Positions 1 to 8,596 of a stretch of 64,000 bases of DNA are shown one piece after another. Each line of letters starts with the position of its first letter. The stretch's first letter is position 1. Below the pieces are notes generated by a model. That model saw only the letters and a program-made list of their open reading frames with translations, searched no databases and was not told the origin of the DNA. The DNA comes from a virus (lineage: Duplodnaviria; Heunggongvirae; Uroviricota; Caudoviricetes), in IMG/VR virus record IMGVR_UViG_3300012346_000380, positions 192,445 through 256,444 of that record; one strand, 5' to 3'. The position numbers and the translations under genes are program-made.

Positions 1-412
1 CAAGTTTAGAAGCTTGCTCATATCCCATACCCTTTAAACGACAATCACCTAATGAAAATGGTAAATTGTTAACAGAACATTCATAATTATCTGCACCTTT
101 AACTGAAGGCCAATGTAATCCTAATCTGTAAAAATCTGATTCATATTGATCTTGTAATGATAAATCACTCGTAATCAAATAACCTTGTTTGTCAAAACTT
201 GATAAAACCAAACTTGAAGCCATGGCAATAATAGATTTACCAGTTCCTGTAGGTGCATCTATAACAATGGTGGCTTTTGGATCTTCAAAGTATGTTTTAC
301 AAATAGCCGTGATAGTTTCTCTTTGGCCTGTACGAAATTCAAAGCCTTTGCCAAGCTTTTCTTCCTTTATAATCTGATCTAATTTCTCGTTGATTTCTTC
401 TAGCACGTTCAC
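1..412 (-). CDS. DinG/XPD-like superfamily 2 helicase, N-terminal part (runs off window)
   Basis: Manual translation from GTG at 412: ...FEFRTGQRE (Q motif)...IDAPTGTGKS (Walker A)...LQDQY...KGADNYEC...DC; not in ORF track. Confidence 0.8.
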   Translation of the reverse strand, partial: MNVLEEINEKLDQIIKEEKLGKGFEFRTGQRETITAICKTYFEDPKATIVIDAPTGTGKSIIAMASSLVLSSFDKQGYLITSDLSLQDQYESDFYRLGLHWPSVKGADNYECSVNNLPFSLGDCRLKGMGYEQASKL

Positions 413-459
413 ATATTTAAGTCTAATTTATACGTGAATCTTGTGAAAAGTTTATTGCA

Positions 460-490
460 TAAAAAAAGGAACCAGTTAGATTCCTTTTTG
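460..490 (-). terminator. Intrinsic terminator-like hairpin
   Basis: AAAAGGAA...TTCCTTTT inverted repeat flanked by A/T runs. Confidence 0.5.
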
Positions 491-498
491 ATTTCTTT

Positions 499-675
499 TT
501 AGGCCGGGCCACCAACTCCGAACCAAATCCAATCAGACTCTTCGTCGTCTTCGTTTAAAATAGAAATAAAATCGAATTGCTCGATAATAGCTTCTACAGT
601 TTCAACAATTGGACCTTTTGTCTCTTTGGGCTCGATCTCAGAAGTGATGTCGACTTCTGGGATGAACTTTTCCAT
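499..675 (-). CDS. Small acidic hypothetical protein (58 aa)
   Basis: Manual translation MEKFIPEVDITSE...WIWFGVGGPA*; preceded by AAAC-N17-TATA motif. Confidence 0.55.
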   Translation of the reverse strand: MEKFIPEVDITSEIEPKETKGPIVETVEAIIEQFDFISILNEDDEESDWIWFGVGGPA

Positions 676-751
676 AAAAGATTTAGATATTTTTTGTAGA
701 GGATTAGAGGTTCTACTGTTTATATATTAATCTTTTTTAGAAAGTTTCAAA

Positions 752-1183
752 TTATTGTTGCGTTTCTTTGATTTTATCATCAATAAAATCAGTTAAATCT
801 TTTACTGAACCTCTAAAAGCTCTAATATCTACCATTCTTTGATCTTCGCTTGGATTTCCAACGAATGTGTCTGAGTCTTTTGCTTCTAAAATTACATCAT
901 TATCAAATTTAATAGTTGGAGAAGGTGAGAATTGAGTTCCACCGTCTTGAGCTTCTAAACCATAAACGTCTTTTAACGTTTTAATAACTTTAGATTTATA
1001 AGACTTGTCTTTTAAATGAAAGTAAGTAACACTGTCATTAGGTTGATCAAGTATGCCTTTAACATAGTGTGATAATTCTTTTGCAATATATTCAGCAGCA
1101 TCTCCTGCCACATTTCCATTGTATTTTGATTCTTTAATTTCCAATTCATCAACGAATTGTTCAAATAATTTAATGTGTTCCAT
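752..1183 (-). CDS. Putative internal head protein with shared leader
   Basis: N-terminus MEHIKLFEQFVDE. Confidence 0.7.
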   Translation of the reverse strand: MEHIKLFEQFVDELEIKESKYNGNVAGDAAEYIAKELSHYVKGILDQPNDSVTYFHLKDKSYKSKVIKTLKDVYGLEAQDGGTQFSPSPTIKFDNDVILEAKDSDTFVGNPSEDQRMVDIRAFRGSVKDLTDFIDDKIKETQQ

Positions 1184-1192
1184 TGTTTTCTA

Positions 1193-1501
1193 TTATGATT
1201 TAAATTCTTTTAATAAAGAATCTGCTAAATTAGATGCGTTTACTCTGAAGACAATTCCTGCAGCATGATGCGATTTATCCCATTCCATACAGTCTCTGAA
1301 AAAATCCATGTTGTTAAACACTGAATCGATCCATCCAGCTGATTCTTCTTTGGTATATGCGTCTAAAGTTTTACTATCAGGTATAAAGCTGATATAAGAA
1401 CCTTTAGAGTCTTGGCTTCCCATTATTGTAAATGTAAATCCATTAGATGAAAATTTACTAGCTTCATTAATGAATGATTCAAAGTTTGTTGTGTGTTTCA
1501 T
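1193..1501 (-). CDS. Putative internal head protein with shared leader
   Basis: N-terminus MKHTTNFESFINE. Confidence 0.7.
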   Translation of the reverse strand: MKHTTNFESFINEASKFSSNGFTFTIMGSQDSKGSYISFIPDSKTLDAYTKEESAGWIDSVFNNMDFFRDCMEWDKSHHAAGIVFRVNASNLADSLLKEFKS

Positions 1502-1788
1502 TATTTCTTTTTAAGTTCTTTTCCAAATTCTGTTAAAGCGCCATTATCATCCATAACTCGAAAGTGTTCTCTAGAATTACCTTTAGTTAATTCAACGTGT
1601 AATCCTGGATTCATACCTCCAAGATCTTTTGGTGCCCATAATCTTACAACTGTCCAAGTTCCAGACTCTGATTTTAAAGTAACTTTATCCCATGTTGAGA
1701 TTCCAGTTTCTTCTGTAAATTTTTTGGTTAATTTATCTCCAATTTGAGCTTCATTAACAAATTCTTCGTATAGTTTTATGTGTTTCAT
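1501..1788 (-). CDS. Putative internal head protein with shared leader
   Basis: N-terminus MKHIKLYEEFVNE. Confidence 0.7.
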   Translation of the reverse strand: MKHIKLYEEFVNEAQIGDKLTKKFTEETGISTWDKVTLKSESGTWTVVRLWAPKDLGGMNPGLHVELTKGNSREHFRVMDDNGALTEFGKELKKK

Positions 1789-1794
1789 ATCTTA

Positions 1795-2343
1795 TTAATT
1801 TTTTGGCCACATCATCATTGTTCCTGGATCATTCCAAGAAAACCACCAACCTTTTTTCTCTACAGCATCAACTACATTCTTAAGTACGCCATTTTTATAT
1901 TTAGCACTTTTGTTGTAGTAATCAAATATTTTGTTACCGCTTAATTCTTCTCCATTATCTCCAGCAATCCAAATACCGTCAGTATCTCCACGTAAAAATT
2001 CTTCAGAAGTTCTAACATGTTTGATTTTGTATTTAGTTTCCATCATATCCATGATTTCTTCTCTACTAGCATCTTTAGCTTCATTAAGAGATTCTCCTAA
2101 TGTTATATTGCTTTTTAATGTTTTTACAAAACATGAATCAATATTTCCAATTACAGTTGACGTATAATCATCAAGAATATCATAAAACACTTTTGCTTTC
2201 GTGAATGATACTTTAACTACAGATCCCCATCTTTCGTCATCACCGGGCGCAGTTATAAACGATACAGGTTCTCCAATTTCAAATTGTGCTGGAAAGTTTA
2301 CTTCTTCGTTTATGTATTGTTCAAATAATTTTACCTTTTTCAT
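1795..2343 (-). CDS. Putative internal head protein with shared leader, two domains
   Basis: N-terminus MKKVKLFEQYINE; internal GESLNEA. Confidence 0.7.
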   Translation of the reverse strand: MKKVKLFEQYINEEVNFPAQFEIGEPVSFITAPGDDERWGSVVKVSFTKAKVFYDILDDYTSTVIGNIDSCFVKTLKSNITLGESLNEAKDASREEIMDMMETKYKIKHVRTSEEFLRGDTDGIWIAGDNGEELSGNKIFDYYNKSAKYKNGVLKNVVDAVEKKGWWFSWNDPGTMMMWPKN

Positions 2344-2345
2344 AA

Positions 2346-2927
2346 TTAAAAATCTTTACGTGAAGCTACGCTTTTTTTGTTTTTATCAAAGAATGCACCT
2401 AAGATACCAATTTGTGCAACACTAAAAGTATGTTCTCCACCATTAACTTTATCTTTAATAAAGATCATTGGTTGAATTTCAAATTGTTTGTTTGGTGTAA
2501 ATTTTGCATTTAAGATAGCTTTACTAGCGCTTAATAATTCTTCCATATCTTCAGATGTAAAAGGAATATCAAAATAGTAGATTAATCCTGTTGAAGAATC
2601 TAATGATGGTTTTTCGTCAGCCTCATTAACAATCGATTCACCAATAGCTTCTTGTGCAATCATTGCTTGAATAACATCCGCTGAAATCCATCCGGCTGCT
2701 TTAAAGAAATCATGAGCTAAATTCATCACTTTCTTTTCATCTCCGTTGGTAACTTCATTGTCTTTACCATCTTCGTTGTTAAGATTCCATTCTTCAACCT
2801 CGTCTTCAACAGCTCTTGCTACTTTAGACGCAGATGTTATTTTTGTAGATTTTTCATGGTAATCTGCCCAATATTTAACGTTTACTGACTCATTAATAAA
2901 GTCTTCAAATCCTTTTACGTTTTTCAT
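2346..2927 (-). CDS. Putative internal head protein with shared leader, two domains
   Basis: N-terminus MKNVKGFEDFINE; internal GESIVNEA. Confidence 0.7.
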   Translation of the reverse strand: MKNVKGFEDFINESVNVKYWADYHEKSTKITSASKVARAVEDEVEEWNLNNEDGKDNEVTNGDEKKVMNLAHDFFKAAGWISADVIQAMIAQEAIGESIVNEADEKPSLDSSTGLIYYFDIPFTSEDMEELLSASKAILNAKFTPNKQFEIQPMIFIKDKVNGGEHTFSVAQIGILGAFFDKNKKSVASRKDF

Positions 2928-3229
2928 TATGATATGTATGTGTTTAGTTCGTATTTATCACCCATTCCATATATTGAAATTCCAAGGGCTTTCTTTTGTT
3001 CTTTACCATCTTTAAAAAGAGTGATAGTAAATCTGTTTGTAAAACCATCACCTGGTTTTCTAGGACCCATGCCAATTTTAGTGGCAGTTTCTTCTTTGTC
3101 ATATTCATATCCTTGTGATTCAGCATATTCTAATGCAGCCTCAACAGCCGATGTATAACTTCTGTGGTAAATTTGGTAACTTGATTTCTTTTCAGTTACA
3201 AATTGTTCAAATAATAAAGTATGTTTCAT
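2927..3229 (-). CDS. Putative internal head protein with shared leader
   Basis: N-terminus MKHTLLFEQFVTE. Confidence 0.7.
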   Translation of the reverse strand: MKHTLLFEQFVTEKKSSYQIYHRSYTSAVEAALEYAESQGYEYDKEETATKIGMGPRKPGDGFTNRFTITLFKDGKEQKKALGISIYGMGDKYELNTYIS

Positions 3230-3230
3230 A

Positions 3231-3653
3231 TTATTTACCTAGTGCTTTTTTAACTTCTTTAACAAATTTAACTGCTCTATCAGCTGCATCTTTCATAGAT
3301 TTTGCTGTAGCTTTTCTAAATTTGATTTTTAAACGAGTTTCATAAGATACTTGTTTTCCTGGTTCGTATAAAGACTGTGTGAAAACTTCCATTTTACCAT
3401 CTTTGTAAATTGCCATTCTAAAATAATTAGAATTTTCTACATAACCATGAGACCACTCAGTTTTTGGTTCAAATGAAACCAAAAGCATAATTGTATCATT
3501 ACCAAAAACACCTTTACTTAAAGAGATATAACCTGGGTTTTCTTTTTCTAAAGCATCTTTTAATATAGCAGATGCTTGTACAATATCTGTAGTTCCATCA
3601 TCAAAGATTAAGGCTTCATTTACGTATTGTTCAAATAATTTTACTTTTTGCAT
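3231..3653 (-). CDS. Putative internal head protein with shared leader
   Basis: N-terminus MQKVKLFEQYVNE. Confidence 0.7.
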   Translation of the reverse strand: MQKVKLFEQYVNEALIFDDGTTDIVQASAILKDALEKENPGYISLSKGVFGNDTIMLLVSFEPKTEWSHGYVENSNYFRMAIYKDGKMEVFTQSLYEPGKQVSYETRLKIKFRKATAKSMKDAADRAVKFVKEVKKALGK

Positions 3654-3681
3654 GATTTAAGTTTATTTTATAGTCTATATA

Positions 3682-4134
3682 TTATTTTATTATTAAGTAA
3701 TTTAAAACTTGTTCCCAGTTTTCAAAATTAGGTTGACCAAACTGAATCCATTGACCTTTGAATTCTGCAGCACCATTATTAGGTCTATCATCAATAAGAT
3801 AATCACCCATTAAAAGATCCTTTCTGTGAGAAAGTATAAGTCTTTTGTGTGCTAATTTACCCATGTGTTTTTGAACCCAACGTCTTTTAGAACTCCAAGA
3901 CTCTGCATTTGACCATGGCGCTGTGCTTAAAAAGTAAACTTCGTACTGTTCCATAAGTATTTTAACAGCATCTAGAGCTCCTTCGATAGGCTCTGGATTC
4001 TCAAACAACTCTTTATCTACTGATGTTAATCTTCCTAAGTGTCTAACAGCATCTGGTCCGTGTCTTTCGATTGCGTGAGCTTCTAAATCAACCATTACTC
4101 CGTCTAAATCGATATAAACTATTTTCTTGTCCAT
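3682..4134 (-). CDS. 5'(3')-deoxyribonucleotidase, HAD superfamily (NT5C-like)
   Basis: YIDLDGV motif I, LSTAPW, KDLLMGDYLIDD; start moved to MDKK because the upstream extension overlaps a promoter. Confidence 0.85.
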   Translation of the reverse strand: MDKKIVYIDLDGVMVDLEAHAIERHGPDAVRHLGRLTSVDKELFENPEPIEGALDAVKILMEQYEVYFLSTAPWSNAESWSSKRRWVQKHMGKLAHKRLILSHRKDLLMGDYLIDDRPNNGAAEFKGQWIQFGQPNFENWEQVLNYLIIK

Positions 4135-4140
4135 CTTCTT

Positions 4141-4200
4141 GTTTTTAATTATAATGTAAATATACAAAAAAAAGCCCAAATAAAAAAATATTTGAGCATT
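4141..4200 (-). promoter_or_regulatory. Class 1 (putative early) promoter repeat
   Basis: - strand TTTTTTA-N~16-TATATTTAC-N-TAATTAAAAAC; one of 12 copies. Confidence 0.7.
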
Positions 4201-4222
4201 TATTTTAAAAATTTAATGATTT

Positions 4223-4942
4223 TTATGAATTGGCCTTAATCCATTCTTTACCAATACGGTTTTGTAATGGTTTATTAAGTAATTTATTAATAGCGCCTGC
4301 CATTTTATCAAAGTGTTCAGTTCCAGAGACTGAATTGTCAACAATGATTAAGTTATCTCCACCAAAAATAGTTTGGAAGTGACCTATATTGTTTTGTACA
4401 TTCTGCCAAATTTCTTTAACCATTTCTTCAGGTAAAGATCTTGATCTAGCTGCATTTCTTTGTAATGCAACTTCTAATGAAGTATTAACAAAAATCATAT
4501 AACAATCATAACCATAAGCTTCAATTGCTCCTTTTTTAGCTGCAATTTTCTTATAATCATCGCCTGTACCATCAATGATCATACCTAATCTACCTTCTAA
4601 GTATAATTTTTGCTTTAAAGTAGTAACTCTTTTAGCTTTACCTCTTGGCGAATCTTCACCAGATGTTAATTCTGTGAATTTCTTAGGGTCCATAGTAGCT
4701 AAATCCTTTGGATCAACTCCCATGTTCTTTAATTGTACTTCAAATGCTTGATCTGAATTAATAACTTTAAGACCGTTTCTATATGAAATGCTTTGAATAC
4801 CATTCTCAGGTACACCAAACAATTCTTCAGCAGCTCTTGATTTACCAGAACCTGGTCCTCCAGCCATGAAAAATGCCTTTAAGATATTTTTATCGTGCAC
4901 ACCTTCATTAATAAACTCTTCAAATAATTTAACTAGCTTCAT
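4223..4942 (-). CDS. Zeta-toxin/AAA_33-like P-loop kinase with shared leader
   Basis: MKLVKLFEEFINE; GGPGSGKS, INSD, IIDGTG, LEVALQRNAARSR. Confidence 0.75.
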   Translation of the reverse strand: MKLVKLFEEFINEGVHDKNILKAFFMAGGPGSGKSRAAEELFGVPENGIQSISYRNGLKVINSDQAFEVQLKNMGVDPKDLATMDPKKFTELTSGEDSPRGKAKRVTTLKQKLYLEGRLGMIIDGTGDDYKKIAAKKGAIEAYGYDCYMIFVNTSLEVALQRNAARSRSLPEEMVKEIWQNVQNNIGHFQTIFGGDNLIIVDNSVSGTEHFDKMAGAINKLLNKPLQNRIGKEWIKANS

Positions 4943-5496
4943 TTTAATTTACCGTATATTCTTTTTGTAATTCTTTTACCAGCTTTTGATAAAAATCTTG
5001 TGTAATAGCCATTTTCAGTGAATTCTGGCTTTTTATCTAATCCAACGACATCTTCAATCATTTCTTTGTCTGTAATAACGGGAGCTTTGGCTTGACTCAA
5101 TAACTCTTCCATTCTTAAAGAAGCTTCTATAAACCACCCTTTAGTATTAACTAACTGTAAAAGTTTTTTAACAATATCGGATTTAGCTTCTTTTTTACCA
5201 TTAGTACCTAACAAAGCTATTTTATTGCCCCATTTAGTAGGCTTGTATATGATAAAAGCATCTGCTTGATGATCTGAGTCTACATCTTTTAAGGCAGTTG
5301 CTTTGTATTTTGCTTGCATTTCTTCCCAATCATCAGCTGATAAATCCATACCAGCATCTAAATATGTTTTAGTGTACATAGCCCAAATTGATTCCATGCC
5401 TTCTTTGTCAATCTTCTTAAGATCCATGTCGACCCACTTATTAGAAGGTATTTCGAATTCATTTAAGAATTGTTCAAATAATTTAACTTTCTTCAT
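4939..5496 (-). CDS. Putative internal head protein with shared leader
   Basis: MKKVKLFEQFLNE. Confidence 0.7.
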   Translation of the reverse strand: MKKVKLFEQFLNEFEIPSNKWVDMDLKKIDKEGMESIWAMYTKTYLDAGMDLSADDWEEMQAKYKATALKDVDSDHQADAFIIYKPTKWGNKIALLGTNGKKEAKSDIVKKLLQLVNTKGWFIEASLRMEELLSQAKAPVITDKEMIEDVVGLDKKPEFTENGYYTRFLSKAGKRITKRIYGKLK

Positions 5497-5497
5497 A

Positions 5498-5848
5498 TTA
5501 TTGAGGTAATCTTACCATTGTATTTCTTGTTTCACTCTTGTCTGTGTTTTTTACAAAACCATGATCTTTGTAAAACTTTTCTAATCTAGATGTTGAAGTG
5601 GCTCCAAAATCTTTAGAAGGTGTTAAGTATATTTTTAAACCTTTAGAATCAGCGTAAGTGTTAATTTGTTTCATGATTTCTGAACCAATACCTTCACCTC
5701 TTTTATCTTTTGGAATAACTATTCTTGACAACTCTAAAAATTTACCATTGTCATAAAGATCTAAGTCAATGCCATATTTGTCTTCTAAGTCTCTTAAAAC
5801 AAATTGACCTTCATTGATAAATTCTTCGTATAATTTAATGTATTGCAT
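5498..5848 (-). CDS. GNAT acetyltransferase with shared leader
   Basis: MQYIKLYEEFINE; acetyl-CoA motif RGEGIGS; LEKFYKDHGF. Confidence 0.8.
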   Translation of the reverse strand: MQYIKLYEEFINEGQFVLRDLEDKYGIDLDLYDNGKFLELSRIVIPKDKRGEGIGSEIMKQINTYADSKGLKIYLTPSKDFGATSTSRLEKFYKDHGFVKNTDKSETRNTMVRLPQ

Positions 5849-5849
5849 A

Positions 5850-6218
5850 TTACTCTACCTTTCCATCATTACCATCCATTGCATCATGAACAGCGTTTAA
5901 GTTTTCTAAAGAAACAGTTAGTTGAGAATACATCCAAGATTCTAATTGTTCACCTTTAGTCATTCTGTCCTTGATCATATTTGCATAGTCTGCAATTCTT
6001 TCAAGTTGACCTAAAGTCATTTCATTTAATTCAGCCAAAGTATCTCTACCTTCAGCTTCAGCCAATGATTCCTGTGCTGCTTCCCATCCTTCTTCATCTG
6101 GATAATCTTCATCACCTGGTTTTGCCGGAGCTTCACCTCTTTTTCTTTTTGCATGAATATTAGCCCAAAGACCTTTCTTTTCATTTGCAAAATCATCAAA
6201 ATTAGTTACGTGTTTCAT
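5850..6218 (-). CDS. Putative internal head protein with shared leader
   Basis: MKHVTNFDDFANE; GLWANIHAKRKRG basic motif. Confidence 0.65.
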   Translation of the reverse strand: MKHVTNFDDFANEKKGLWANIHAKRKRGEAPAKPGDEDYPDEEGWEAAQESLAEAEGRDTLAELNEMTLGQLERIADYANMIKDRMTKGEQLESWMYSQLTVSLENLNAVHDAMDGNDGKVE

Positions 6219-6757
6219 TATAGATTAATCTTTGTTTTTGTACCATCTGGTTGGGAATAGACTATATATTTAGGTTTAAGCTCCTTTTTAGTATCGTCTA
6301 GCATTTCAATGTATTTCTTACCTAAACCAGATTTTAAATAAGCAACTGTCATGTGTGGGTGATAGTCTGGATAATCTGTTGTGTGTGGTAATTTACTAAG
6401 TTCAGCATTACAATCGTGTAAGCTTGGACCTTCTACATCGTATTTCAACACATCAAACTTTTCATTTTCAAAAAGAGATGCATTTGTAATCGTACAATTG
6501 CCAAAAACAAAGTTTTTAGCTATATTTTCAATCACTTCAAGTTTTACATCATCATGTAAGCCATAAAGTAATGTGCAATGCGGTTCAGTTTCTAGGCCAA
6601 ATGTAGCATCTTTAGGATCTATAAAGACATCTTCTTCGTCTATTTGTTTATGTAAGTTTTCCATTTCAGGAAAATCAAAGTACAACATAGCACAACCATA
6701 ATCATACACTTTTTTCTTTTCAGTCACGAATTCTTCGAATAATTTTATATGTTTCAT
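6218..6757 (-). CDS. 2H phosphoesterase (Acb1/T4 gp57B-like fold) with shared leader
   Basis: MKHIKLFEEFVTE; two HxT motifs (HCTL, HMTV). Confidence 0.8.
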   Translation of the reverse strand: MKHIKLFEEFVTEKKKVYDYGCAMLYFDFPEMENLHKQIDEEDVFIDPKDATFGLETEPHCTLLYGLHDDVKLEVIENIAKNFVFGNCTITNASLFENEKFDVLKYDVEGPSLHDCNAELSKLPHTTDYPDYHPHMTVAYLKSGLGKKYIEMLDDTKKELKPKYIVYSQPDGTKTKINL

Positions 6758-6769
6758 CTTTTAAATTTA

Positions 6770-7069
6770 TTATGCACCAAAATCTAAGTCAAGTGTATCA
6801 TCCTTTTCATCATCATAATCTCCGGTTAAATCAACATCTTCTAAATCTATACCTTCAACTTTAATCTTCGGTCTAAAATGACCATCTCCGTCAAAATATG
6901 CTTTAAAGCTTCTACCAGAACCTACAGCACCGCACCAATGCATAAAAGCAAACATTTTTAAAAAATCATCTGCCGTTGATTGGTCAATATTAGAAATAGT
7001 TACATTTAAGGTAACTGTTCCGTCTTCCGCTTCTGTTAAGAAGTTTTCAAATAGTTTAATGTGTTTCAT
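6770..7069 (-). CDS. Putative internal head protein with shared leader
   Basis: MKHIKLFENFLTE. Confidence 0.7.
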   Translation of the reverse strand: MKHIKLFENFLTEAEDGTVTLNVTISNIDQSTADDFLKMFAFMHWCGAVGSGRSFKAYFDGDGHFRPKIKVEGIDLEDVDLTGDYDDEKDDTLDLDFGA

Positions 7070-7833
7070 TATTTCTTGTTTTCTTTTTTATCGTAATATT
7101 CCCAAACCTCATCTAATTGTTTAGGATCTGCTAACCAGCTTTCCCACCAGCCTCCACCTTCTTCTTCAACTAAAGAACCATCTTTTAATTTACGATATTC
7201 TTTTTCTTTAACTGCAATTTTAAAAGTTTTTGGTGTAAATGGAAATGATTTAATATAATGCATACAACCAATTTGTTCTTCGCTGCCCTCAGTTATACTA
7301 ACATGACCTGTAAAACCATAATCTTTTCCTTCAGGAATCCATACGATTGAATCTAAGTAATATGGTTGACCTTCTTTACCTTCTTTGAAAACCGAACTAA
7401 GTCTCATATTTTGAAAAGTTCCAGTGCCTTCTTCAGCGTCTTCGTATATTGAACAATCTGACCATTCTTCGTCTGTTCCCATGATTCCTTCTCCAAGTGG
7501 CTCCTGCGCTAATAATTTCTGTAACACTTGAACAATAACTGCACTCGTAAATGGAGCTGAGCCACCGCTTTGACCAGAATCAGCAAATTTCTTTACTAAT
7601 GCCATTACTTCAGGCACAAACTCTTTAATAATTGGAGTCCCACCTTCACCTTTACCTTCAGCATTTTTCATCATAAGATCCAATTCAAATTGAGCCTTAT
7701 CGACTAATCCTTCATTGATAGAATCAACAGAGATCATCTTAACACCTTCGTGTAAGAATTTAATTAGCTGAAATTTAACTTTGTTTTCGATTGATTCTGC
7801 TAAGAATTCTTCGAATAATTTAACTGTTTTCAT
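7069..7833 (-). CDS. Putative internal head protein with shared leader (first gene of array)
   Basis: Start reassigned to ATG at 7833: MKTVKLFEEFLAE. Confidence 0.7.
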   Translation of the reverse strand: MKTVKLFEEFLAESIENKVKFQLIKFLHEGVKMISVDSINEGLVDKAQFELDLMMKNAEGKGEGGTPIIKEFVPEVMALVKKFADSGQSGGSAPFTSAVIVQVLQKLLAQEPLGEGIMGTDEEWSDCSIYEDAEEGTGTFQNMRLSSVFKEGKEGQPYYLDSIVWIPEGKDYGFTGHVSITEGSEEQIGCMHYIKSFPFTPKTFKIAVKEKEYRKLKDGSLVEEEGGGWWESWLADPKQLDEVWEYYDKKENKK

Positions 7834-7838
7834 AGGTT

Positions 7839-7846
7839 TATTTATC
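7839..7846 (-). promoter_or_regulatory. Putative late promoter GATAAATA heading the leader array
   Basis: One mismatch from T4 late consensus TATAAATA; 5 nt before ATG. Confidence 0.45.
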
Positions 7847-8171
7847 AAGATTCTAAATCTAATTCTCCTAGTTCATCGTCAGAGTATTTAGAGTCTTCTT
7901 TTACTTTATTAATTTGCTCACGAATTTCAATCATTCTCATCTCAAACTCAAACAATTCGTTAGCATTCATTTTACCTTGTTTGTGAATTTTTTTAGCCGC
8001 ATTAAATTCAACCTTAGCTCTAGATAAAGCTTTGTTTAACTCTACTAATATTTTATCTAAGGCTTGTTCTTCTAATTTCTTTTCTGTAACTTTAGGTTTA
8101 ATAGGCTCTCTATTAATAGTAAATTCTATAGATTTAAAAAGAGAACAAAATTTATCTAATGTGCTAGCCAT
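7845..8171 (-). CDS. Hypothetical coiled-coil protein
   Basis: ORF track; in operon. Confidence 0.6.
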   Translation of the reverse strand: MASTLDKFCSLFKSIEFTINREPIKPKVTEKKLEEQALDKILVELNKALSRAKVEFNAAKKIHKQGKMNANELFEFEMRMIEIREQINKVKEDSKYSDDELGELDLES

Positions 8172-8182
8172 AATGCTATAGT

Positions 8183-8575
8183 TTATTTTTTATAATCAGC
8201 GTATGACTTTTCTTCAGTAAGTGTAGAACCAGTTAAAGCATCGATTTTCTTTTTAACTAAATTTCTATCGTCATTAGTCCAATAAACTGCTCGAGCTAAT
8301 TTAATAAATTCATCACCAAAATCATTACTTCTTTCGCAATCTCTAATGTCATCTTCAATGTTCCAAAGTTTTAAATTAACATCGTACATTTCTTGATAGG
8401 CTGTGTGAATTTCTGGGTCTTTACAATCGCTTATAATTTGTACAACAATAGGTGTTAAAATCTTCCATTCTGTATTTAGATTTGCTACTTTAGCGGGATC
8501 TGTGATTTTTTCTAATTTGATCTTTAAGATTGTGTGTTTATCTAAGATCTCTCCATTTGAAACTTCAATTTTCAT
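8183..8575 (-). CDS. DUF6165-like protein
   Basis: VSNGEILDKxTILxIK...LWNIEDDIR...FIKLARAVYxTNDxR...EEKSY pattern; glycosyltransferase neighbourhood. Confidence 0.7.
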   Translation of the reverse strand: MKIEVSNGEILDKHTILKIKLEKITDPAKVANLNTEWKILTPIVVQIISDCKDPEIHTAYQEMYDVNLKLWNIEDDIRDCERSNDFGDEFIKLARAVYWTNDDRNLVKKKIDALTGSTLTEEKSYADYKK

Positions 8576-8596
8576 TATAGTAAATTTTTATATAGT

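Noticed and set aside
752-7833. Shared leader as a secretion signal, RiPP leader or DNA-level repeat
   Set aside because: No hydrophobic core or double-Gly site, cargoes are folded enzymes, and nucleotide sequence varies at synonymous positions
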